Assembly (NCBI GenBank): GCA_965661285.1
Contig: CBFIDD010000002.1
Location: 224,001-288,000, forward strand
Direction: 5' to 3'
From: Poseidonia sp.
Lineage (GTDB): Archaea; Thermoplasmatota; Poseidoniia; Poseidoniales; Poseidoniaceae
DNA: 64,000 nt
In this document: one piece after another, positions 8,160 to 16,700 of the stretch
Position numbering within the stretch: position 1 is the first letter of the stretch
Layout of the letters: each line of letters opens with the position of its first letter
Notes under the pieces: model-generated
Told to the model about the DNA's origin: nothing
Seen by the model: only the letters and a program-made list of their open reading frames with translations
Databases searched by the model: none
Program-made: the position numbers and the translations under genes

Positions 8160-8357
8160 TCTTGACATTGATATGTTGCTCAACAAACACGCACCATGGT
8201 ATTTGCACGTCGCTCATCGGCACGGGGACTATTCTATAGAATGGAATTCACTCATCCTGGTCCATCCATCTATGTTGCACGAAGATGTATCCTGCCTTGG
8301 GATGCGTCAAGCATCTACGGAGGTCTTCTTTATTGGATTGAGCGTTGAGGAGACATC

Positions 8358-8999
8358 ATGCCCGGCCCACTCCGCTCGCTCGTCTATGTCCACACCGCCC
8401 TTCGAAACGAACTCAATCAACTCGCTGCCCTCGCTCACGATGTTGCAGCAGGAGAAAACACGCTTGGAACGCTCAAAGAACGCTTTGACTGGGCAACCTA
8501 TGCCCTCCACTACCACGCTGTTGGTGAAGACGCCGCCCTGTTCCCTGCTGTTGAAGCAAAGCACCCGGGTGTGGCCATGACCTTTGACGATGACCACCGT
8601 ACCGATGACGCACTGGTGGAGGAAATGAAATCCCTCCTCGAGGCAGGAGGCGACGGTGAAACGCTCCAAAGGATTGCACGATGCGCCGACCAATTGGCCG
8701 ACCGCGCCTCCCTCCACATGGACAAGGAAGAGCGGTTGCTCGTCCCCTTCGTTGAGGAGCACTTCGGCATGGAGGAGCAGGGCGCCATTCTTGGCGGCAT
8801 GATGCAGGCGTTCCCTCCTGAATTTATGCTCAAAGGCGTTCCGTGGATTTTCTCGCACCTCGATGAAACCCTCCGCATCTCCTACGCCACCGCCCTCAAG
8901 GGCGCCATGCCACCCGAACCCTTTGGCATGCACATGAACAACGTTGAACAGCAACTCGGACCCGAGGAATGGGCACCCATTGCGGCTGCCATTGCGTGA
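8358..8999 (+). CDS. Hemerythrin (HHE) domain protein
   Basis: VHTALR, HYHAVGEDAALFP, DDH, LHMDKEERLLVP; GAGGAG ribosome-binding motif upstream. Confidence 0.88.
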   Translation: MPGPLRSLVYVHTALRNELNQLAALAHDVAAGENTLGTLKERFDWATYALHYHAVGEDAALFPAVEAKHPGVAMTFDDDHRTDDALVEEMKSLLEAGGDGETLQRIARCADQLADRASLHMDKEERLLVPFVEEHFGMEEQGAILGGMMQAFPPEFMLKGVPWIFSHLDETLRISYATALKGAMPPEPFGMHMNNVEQQLGPEEWAPIAAAIA

Positions 9000-9029
9000 T
9001 TAAACCGAGTCCGCAGACACGCAGCGCGG

Positions 9030-9557
9030 TTAGCCAAGGATTTGGTGGCCGACCCAAAGCAAGAGAATGGAAAGAACGGTCAACGCCCGTTGCATGTGAA
9101 GGAGTCGGGCACCCCTCCTGAACTCCCTTGGTGGCCATTTCCACTGCATCATGTACCCGGTGATAACCAAGACCCACATGGCCCCGGTCCCCACCCAGAG
9201 GGTCCAGTGCCACTCGAGGACATAGCCGTGGACGGTTCCAATAATGGCCGCAAACAGGCCGATCCAATTGTGTGCTTTCATGAAGCGTCGGTTAAAGACA
9301 CCCAATTGCCGTTTGAAGGCCTTGGGTTCCCGGTCGAGCAGTTCCGGCCCGTTGGCTCTGAGCCACTTGAACAACGGCTTCCATGCCACGATGGAAACCG
9401 TTCCCACAAAGAGGTAGAGGGCGACATCGCCCAAGCCTTCTGCTTCGAGACCGAAAACCGTGGGTTCGTCATCCTCATCTTCGTCGTCCTCCTCTGCGTC
9501 ATGATCGTTGCCAAGTGCGGTGTGAAGACTCAGAAGAAAGGCGAAAAACAACAACAC
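9030..9557 (-). CDS. Membrane protein with TM histidines (cytochrome b/ferric-reductase-like TM module)
   Basis: Signal-like N-terminus, acidic linker, TM helices with KAHNWIG, VHG, LHMQ and GH; start uncertain. Confidence 0.65.
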   Translation of the reverse strand: MLLFFAFLLSLHTALGNDHDAEEDDEDEDDEPTVFGLEAEGLGDVALYLFVGTVSIVAWKPLFKWLRANGPELLDREPKAFKRQLGVFNRRFMKAHNWIGLFAAIIGTVHGYVLEWHWTLWVGTGAMWVLVITGYMMQWKWPPREFRRGARLLHMQRALTVLSILLLWVGHQILG

Positions 9558-9579
9558 AACCAGGTGGCTTCGCTTTATC

Positions 9580-9915
9580 TCAATCCCTCACTTCTGCCCG
9601 CTGCCTCGCCTGCTCAACCCGCTGCCAAGGACCGCCGTTGTGGGCTGGAATGCCCGCTTGTTTCAACATCTTCGCAGCCTTTCCAGACCGCATACCGCTG
9701 GCGCAGCACGTCACGATGGTTGTTCGCTGTTTTTTGAGGGCGGCGATTTTGGAGGAAAGGGAGGCCAATGGAATGTGCCGTGATTGCTCGCCGTGGGCGC
9801 TGTTGTATTCGCCCGTTGTGCGAACATCAACGATGATAGCGCCCTCCTCAAGCAAGGTTTGGGTGTCGGGTTTGTTGGAAAATAGGAGTCCACGAAGCCA
9901 AGAAAACATCATCAC
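9580..9915 (-). CDS. Rhodanese-like domain protein
   Basis: IVDVRTTGEY..H, HIPL, CCASGMRS. Confidence 0.88.
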   Translation of the reverse strand: MMMFSWLRGLLFSNKPDTQTLLEEGAIIVDVRTTGEYNSAHGEQSRHIPLASLSSKIAALKKQRTTIVTCCASGMRSGKAAKMLKQAGIPAHNGGPWQRVEQARQRAEVRD

Positions 9916-9918
9916 ACC

Positions 9919-10308
9919 TCACGCATAACTGACGGGCATGCCTGCGTCCTTCCAGCCGTTGATGCCGCTTTCCAGTTCCATAAGGTTGGTGAAGCCCATG
10001 TCGAGAAGTGTTTGGGCGGCGTCTTGAGAGCGGTTTCCACTACGGCAGTAGAGCAAAATAAGCGCGTCCTTGTCTTCCGGGAGCTCGTTTTCTCGAGTTT
10101 CCAACTCGGTGTGGGGAATCAAGGTGGCGTTTTCCAAGTGCCCGTCCTGTTCCCACTCAGCCGTGGTTCGAACGTCGAGAAGAAATCCGTCGTTGTCGGC
10201 CTTGATGGCCTCGTCAAAGGCGGTGACATCCACGCGTTCCCACTGTCCATCGTTGGAGATGCAGCCGGACAAGAGCAGGAAGATCAGCAGGGGAAGCCAT
10301 CTTTTCAT
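9919..10308 (-). CDS. Rhodanese-like domain lipoprotein
   Basis: Lipobox-like LLLSGC; LLDVRTTAEW..GH, YCRSGNRS, GINGW. Confidence 0.88.
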   Translation of the reverse strand: MKRWLPLLIFLLLSGCISNDGQWERVDVTAFDEAIKADNDGFLLDVRTTAEWEQDGHLENATLIPHTELETRENELPEDKDALILLYCRSGNRSQDAAQTLLDMGFTNLMELESGINGWKDAGMPVSYA

Positions 10309-10384
10309 GCCCTGCAATTCAAGACCTCGGCACAAATACCTGCCGAGGGTATTCCATCCAAAAACAGGAAAATATTCAAAAAAA

Positions 10385-11392
10385 ATGCAACACATCAACC
10401 TTATCGTGAGGGCTTTCCGACAAATGACTGTCCTTTTCACCATGAGTTGTGTTCTTTTCTGCATACCTGTTACGGGACAGGCCGTGAACTACAGCGTAGA
10501 AGTCGAATGTGACGATGAGACAATCGAGGTAGAATCGGAGCCGGGAAACATTGTCACTGGGTACTTGGACTGCACGTTCACCAACCCTTCAATCCATCTT
10601 GAAAAAATTCAGTACCAGGTAAACTCCGACTATGGTGGGGTGACATTGATTCCTAGACAGGGAACTCTTGATTTGAATGGTGGTGAATCTAAAATTCTCA
10701 CAATTGGAATAACACCCAACGAGGGCCTGTGGACAGGAAATTATGAGTTAACTGTTTATGGAACGGTGGTAGAAGTATGGGGTGGACCGCCACCATCCTA
10801 CGAAACAGATATGGATACAGGGACCTATTACGTATCACCGTATTTGGACTTCGATCCGGTGAGTTGCTGGTCATCCTTTTCAGACGACACATACAGTTTA
10901 GTTGATGTTGGGTGTTGGGTAGAAAACCGGGGAAACACGCATGATGAATACTCGTTGGTTGTTCCTCAATCAGCCATAGATGCAATGGAGTCATTCGGGT
11001 TTAAATCGACACCAGCACTCTCGCAATCGGTTGATTGGTTCACTTATGACATACACCATCCTATGATTGAAGGTGGGTTTGTGTTTGAAGGAGACACATC
11101 AGAATGGAGAGACAATGACACCCTCTATTCGCTGAATGAGGTGATATTGGTGGAATTGCACAGCCAAGGTGCTGAGTCCGAGGGAAGCCCGCTGATCGAA
11201 CAAGCCAGTGTTCCAATTCAGCTGGCCATAGAAAAAGAAATCGTTGAGGACCAATATGCCCCCGAGGGTTTCCTTTTCGCACCCGGGATGATCGAACTGC
11301 TTGTTGTCCTCTTGGTAGCGGTCGCAGTGGCACGGCCTCATCAGGGAGATGAGAACGGTGACATTCGCAACCTGCTCACAGACCGTACGTGA
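10385..11392 (+). CDS. Secreted/surface protein with C-terminal anchor (choice-of-anchor T / PGF-CTERM-like)
   Basis: Signal peptide, VEVECD..LDCTFTNPS N-domain, acidic beta-rich body, APG plus TM near the C-terminus. Confidence 0.7.
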   Translation: MQHINLIVRAFRQMTVLFTMSCVLFCIPVTGQAVNYSVEVECDDETIEVESEPGNIVTGYLDCTFTNPSIHLEKIQYQVNSDYGGVTLIPRQGTLDLNGGESKILTIGITPNEGLWTGNYELTVYGTVVEVWGGPPPSYETDMDTGTYYVSPYLDFDPVSCWSSFSDDTYSLVDVGCWVENRGNTHDEYSLVVPQSAIDAMESFGFKSTPALSQSVDWFTYDIHHPMIEGGFVFEGDTSEWRDNDTLYSLNEVILVELHSQGAESEGSPLIEQASVPIQLAIEKEIVEDQYAPEGFLFAPGMIELLVVLLVAVAVARPHQGDENGDIRNLLTDRT

Positions 11393-11542
11393 TGGTGTGC
11401 TCGAGGCACATCTTCCACATCTCTCGACCCGTCTGGCTTTCGTAAGCATCAAAGAACAGACAACCGTTATGGAACGCCCAGAAACTTCGGGCAGGGTTGG
11501 AGGATGGGTCGGCCGTGGTGTCGTTCGGGTCGCCGTTCAGCA

Positions 11543-12385
11543 TCACGCACGGAGCGGTGCGGTTGTGGACCATTCGGCCGTCGGCTTGTGCCAATCTCGC
11601 AGTTGGTCGGTTTCAAGTCGAAGTTGGAGGCGCTCACCCGGTTGCAGGTTCACATCATCGAAGATGAAATCAATCACTTTCTCGTTGCTGCGGAAGGTTT
11701 CGTCGAACAAGACCGACTCTTCGACAACATCGCCAGCGCTAAGCTTTTGCAGGAGAACACGAACATGACACTCCTGAAGCGGATTGCGGAGTGAACACGA
11801 TTCACTGCTTCCGTCGTGTTCAACCATCACGTAGCCCTCCAACGAGGACTGGCCTTCGTGGTCAGAGAGAGGAATCACCGTATCCTTTGCCGTTGGGGCG
11901 CAGACACATTCCATGTTGTCAACTTCCGCAGCAGACACCAAATTCACCTCAAGGACCATTTCAATCGTCTCCGTTGACCCGTCGAGCACTTCGGTTGCGC
12001 TGACGCTGTAGTAGCCTGGTTGGGTGAAACTGTGGTTGGTTGTCGAGCCTGTGGCGGTGAATCCATCACCAAAATCCCAGGAGATAAGACCGCCACGGTC
12101 GGTGGCCGTGAAGAAGAATTCGTGGTGGATGTGCTCGATGACGACTTCTTCGTCGTTGTCTCCCTCGTCGATTTCGGTCATGATGTATTGATTGGTGCCC
12201 GAAGGAGAATCCACGCTGGCCTCAAAACCGGTTTCACTCGATGAAAACAGTCCCGCGCCCTCGCCGACCACAAAAGCACCTGCGCCCAATCCGATGAGAA
12301 AAACGGAGAGCAATCCGACCATCAACACTTGAGGCGAGGCCATGACGCCATCTTCGTGAGGAGCCATGCCTTTAGCGGTTGCCAT
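11543..12385 (-). CDS. Membrane-anchored PKD-domain protein
   Basis: N-terminal TM; WDFGDG...HSFTQPGYYSV PKD motif; Cys-containing C-domain. Confidence 0.85.
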   Translation of the reverse strand: MATAKGMAPHEDGVMASPQVLMVGLLSVFLIGLGAGAFVVGEGAGLFSSSETGFEASVDSPSGTNQYIMTEIDEGDNDEEVVIEHIHHEFFFTATDRGGLISWDFGDGFTATGSTTNHSFTQPGYYSVSATEVLDGSTETIEMVLEVNLVSAAEVDNMECVCAPTAKDTVIPLSDHEGQSSLEGYVMVEHDGSSESCSLRNPLQECHVRVLLQKLSAGDVVEESVLFDETFRSNEKVIDFIFDDVNLQPGERLQLRLETDQLRDWHKPTAEWSTTAPLRA

Positions 12386-12436
12386 GTTACAAAAATCGCT
12401 CAACAACTACAAAAGAACTTGCTCAAGACCGTAGCG

Positions 12437-13660
12437 TCATTCGTCTCCGACCACATCATCGGGCATGGATGGTGCCTCGGCCACGACCACGGCGAACCAA
12501 GCGACGGCGGCTGCCAGAACGATGGTCCCAAACGTAGCGTGAACGCTCCACCCAAACGGCAAGACATGGAGGTTGAGGCCTTCGGTCCAATAGAGCACAT
12601 TGGATATCGATTGCGCCTCAATCCACCACCTGGCCATGAAGATCACCACTTGCGTGGCGGCCATGAGCGGAACGTAAACCTTCATCCCCCATCGACGGAA
12701 GACAGGGAGAAAGAGTTCTGCGGCCACCGCCAACAACAAACTCATTTGAAACACGGTTTGGCTGAACTCAGTATACACCCACATACTGACGGCTTGAATG
12801 CAAAAGAGGACGAACATTGAGCCACGTGCAGGTTTCCAGCGCTTGAGAAACATGATGAGCGCCCCCGATAACAAGAGCGCCTGGAGCCAAAAACTCTGCA
12901 GTCCAAATTCAAGAGCGCCGCTGTAGTTCTCATTGTTGCAAAAGTCAGTGAAACCGTTGTAGCAGAATCCCGATAGGTCCCTGAACCAAAGGTTGGTGTA
13001 GCGGAAGATCAGTTGGACGACACTCCATGCTGCCCCGATGCCGAACACCAAAAGGAGTTGCGAGCGCAAGCCGGCACTGCCACTTTTTGAATCCGGCCAA
13101 GCCGACCAAACCGGTGCGGTCACCGACATCATCAATCCGATAAAGAGGCCGATGTGGGTCGGCGAAAGAAGAATATCGGTGTTGCTCTCAACCCCCAAGG
13201 TTTCGTGCCAAATCATATCCCCAAAGCCGGAAATGCCGAACACAATGATGCCGTAAACACCGGGTTTGTGCTGTGGAGCAAGGCCACCCAACACCTTGAA
13301 CGGGTGTCGAAGCATTTCCTGCACGCCGCCTTCCGGAAGAATGGCGTAGGTGATGTAGAAACCGTAAGCGGTCGCACCCGAGTACCAAATGGCATGCCAC
13401 GGTGTGAAAAAGGAGTCATCGACCACACCGGAAATATGAGCAAAGGCATCGGTCAACAGACCACCCAAACACCAGAGGCCCAGCACCAGCACGACTCCAT
13501 CGTAGCGAGGAGCGCCGACTCGAGGAAGCCCACCCCAACGACGGTGAAGGCCGTAAGCAACCAGGCCTGCTAGGGCCAGGGTTCCAAAGAAGAGTGTCGG
13601 AAAACCGAACAGGAGATTGGGGTCCTCCGGCGGTGGGAAATCATGGGCTGGGTGGTGCAT
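12437..13660 (-). CDS. Multi-pass membrane protein of unknown function
   Basis: Many TM segments; DAFAH, FFTPWH, DMIWH and LLSPTH His-containing motifs. Confidence 0.8.
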   Translation of the reverse strand: MHHPAHDFPPPEDPNLLFGFPTLFFGTLALAGLVAYGLHRRWGGLPRVGAPRYDGVVLVLGLWCLGGLLTDAFAHISGVVDDSFFTPWHAIWYSGATAYGFYITYAILPEGGVQEMLRHPFKVLGGLAPQHKPGVYGIIVFGISGFGDMIWHETLGVESNTDILLSPTHIGLFIGLMMSVTAPVWSAWPDSKSGSAGLRSQLLLVFGIGAAWSVVQLIFRYTNLWFRDLSGFCYNGFTDFCNNENYSGALEFGLQSFWLQALLLSGALIMFLKRWKPARGSMFVLFCIQAVSMWVYTEFSQTVFQMSLLLAVAAELFLPVFRRWGMKVYVPLMAATQVVIFMARWWIEAQSISNVLYWTEGLNLHVLPFGWSVHATFGTIVLAAAVAWFAVVVAEAPSMPDDVVGDE

Positions 13661-13785
13661 GTGTGCGACATTCTTCAGAGAAGTTTATGTCTTTCCTCCC
13701 ACTTGTGATACCTGTTTTCAACTCCAACCGCCCAGCGAAGACAGCGACAAGAAGAATATACAAACTCCGAGGACCTCCAAAATCT

Positions 13786-16700
13786 ATGGGGCCTCGGCGG
13801 AGATGGATGTGGAGCGTGATGCTGGTCGCGCTCGTGGCCTCCGTCCCGTTAACACCACTGCTCGCTGTCACGGAGGATATCGATGTGTTGCAGGAGCAGA
13901 CGAACGAACAACACCGTACCGTTCTGGTCACACAGCACTTTTCTCCCTCCAACGGATTTACTTACACCAACCTAACACACTCACCGTCCACCGGTCTGGT
14001 CAAACTCGAGCGACCCGATATCTCCTGGTCTCCTTCCTCAGGTTTGGGGTTGGTGGCAGCCCGTACGGGTGCCTGTTCGGCATATCTACCGTCAACCAAT
14101 GAGGTTTTTCTTATCGGAGGACGCATTGACCCGGACCCAACACAAACAGGTGAGGAAGAAAATACGAAGACCGTTGAAATATTTGATGCGGTGAACAGGA
14201 CGTGGGATTCTGCGTTTGAAGAACTCAAGGAACCGCAACAGTATCACGGCTGTGCCGTCGTTGGCGACACCATCTATGCCGTAGGCGACCATCACCCGTT
14301 CTCATCTCCAGCGGCTGAATCACGAGGTTTAGTCCAGGTGTACGATGCCGGAACGGGCAACTGGAGCTACGGAACGAGCATGCCCGGCAACCAGTCGGTG
14401 GGTCTTGCGGGCGTGACGAGTCTCAACGGGATGGTCTATGTGGCCGGAGGCGTCTCGGAGAAAGACCGCTCGGATTCAACCGACCGCTTGCTGCGCTATG
14501 ATCCTGTCAACGACACGTGGACGCAGCTCGCCAGCATGAACAATCGGCGACACTCCTTTGATCTCGTTGCCTTCAGAGGAAAACTCATCGCCTATGGTGG
14601 CGTTGCGGTGTTTTTTGACCCGATTGCAAACGCCACCGTTGAGAAAGAAACAAACCTGACCGAAGCCTATGACCCCTTAACGAACACCTGGGCACAACTC
14701 CCCAACGCCACAAACGTGTTCTCGGCATATGCCGCCACGGTGCTCAACGATGAGATCATCATCCACGGAGGGTACAAGCGCTCCGGTTGGTCGGGAACGA
14801 CCAACGACAAGACCTACGGATACGACCCGTTCACCAACGACTGGAACACGAGAGCAACCCTCGCCAGCGGGATGTACGATTCAACGATAGCGTTGGCTAA
14901 CGACACGCTGGTCTATGCCGGCGGGGATGCCAGTAATCGTCGCTTTGGGACATGGGGAAGTCAATACTTAGCCGGTGATGAATTCCACATCGGCCCAACC
15001 TTCAGAGAAGGGATGCTTTCATCCAGCATCCAAGATTTACGAGCAGTTCAAGACGGTTCAGCCAGCTTGCTTTGGCTTCGGTTTGATGCGGACGAACCTG
15101 CTGGGACCGAGATCGGATTGCAATATCGAACAGCCATCTCACAAGAGCTCATCGCCTCCGCACAATGGCAACCCACAACAGCCCCAACGAGCGCGTACTT
15201 CGAGAAGGGAAACCTGTCATTACGAGACGTTCCCGAGGACAGTACGTTCATCCAATATCGCGTAAAATACGCAACAACCCGTATGACAGCGTGGGAAACC
15301 CCCACGCTGCTGAGCATAGGCATAGGGGCCGACAGCGCGAGCTTCACATCCGCGCCGCCTCCCTCCATGCAGCCAACCTCCTCGCCCGTCAGCATCGTCA
15401 CCTCTCATCATGCCGCAACCCAAACCGGCACATACGTTTTGGCGATGCACCCCACCGATGCAAGCGGGAGTTATGATGAAGATTCAAACTGGTTGACGCT
15501 GGCATGGAACAGCACCACATCGAGCATGAGCATTGATGACCCGGATGGACTCCTTTTCAATCAACAAGCCAGTGTGACCCCCGGACACAATACGCCAACT
15601 GGACAAACCATGAACTGGTCGTTCTCTCTTGACGGAGCACTGCCAACAAATCACCTCAAATTCAAAACGAGTACATTCGCAGAACGCAACACGACCTCTA
15701 TTCACCCAGCCGTCACCTCCATCGACAGGGATGTCACTGTTTCGCTGGAACACGTGACCGCCGAGATGTCAAGCCAAGGCGATGCATCCGTCGAAACCGG
15801 CGAAGTCTTACCTGGGAACACAACCCTCAATGTGACCATCGACCATCGCTTCACGAACAGTGGCTTGCGTCTTTTGGGTGGTGCCATCGAGTATCGCATC
15901 CACCTGGACATGGAAACCTATGACGAGGATGAATTCGGCGAGCGTATTTGGTCTAACCTCACCTTGCCATGGTCAATGCTGTCCGCTGGGCAACTCGAGC
16001 ACGCAATCATCAACGCCCCAATCGACCTTTCGGGGGAACTGCACCTCTGGTTTGAAGCTCGGACCAGTGAAGATTGGTATCTCAAGGTCGACAGCCAACC
16101 GCTTACCTTCATCATCAACGGCGAGGGGCCGACCTTGCTGAGCGTCACACCCGACCTTGACCACTACATCAATGAGGACGAACACCGCACGGTTACGTTC
16201 GCCTTCCACGACGTTGGCGGCTTTTCTAACGAGACGCTGTCTGCGTACACGTGGATCGAAGCACGAGATGACGGAACCAACGGCGGAGCAAGCGATGGCG
16301 TTCCGCAACGTGAAGAGTACCGGTCTGCGCTGTTCTACACGCATCAAGACGGGAACCGTTGGACCGTGAATGTCACCGTCAACGACACCATTAACGACGA
16401 CCACCAGTGGGGACGGGTGCTCCTCGAAGGCACGGACCTGGCTGGCTATGGTGTCCCGACGACCACAGCCGCCGACGGTCATGCCAGGTGGGAATCACGA
16501 ACCCCAACGAAAGGGGCCTTGCTCGAGTTCGGGCCAAGCACGAACCTGTTGAACGGTACGATGATGCGACTCGAACCGTCCAAAGAGGTCGGTTGGCGTG
16601 TTTCGGTCTCCGATGCAAACGGGCTGGAAGACCTCAATGAGGTGCGTATTGAACTGGGCAATGACGACCGTTTGGGTGTGAAATACACGACGTTAGAGAA

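Larger units (their letters stand above)
4696..8228. mobile_element. tRNA-Glu-anchored AT-rich island made of cassettes delimited by tRNA 3'-end direct repeats; no integrase
   Basis: TCCCGGTACGAGCA at 4696, 4752, 6360, 7261 and 7317, degenerate at 8215; visibly lower GC than the flanks. Confidence 0.8.

Noticed and set aside
4696-13660. Prophage, IS or complete integrative element
   Set aside because: No integrase, transposase, replication or virion genes recognised.
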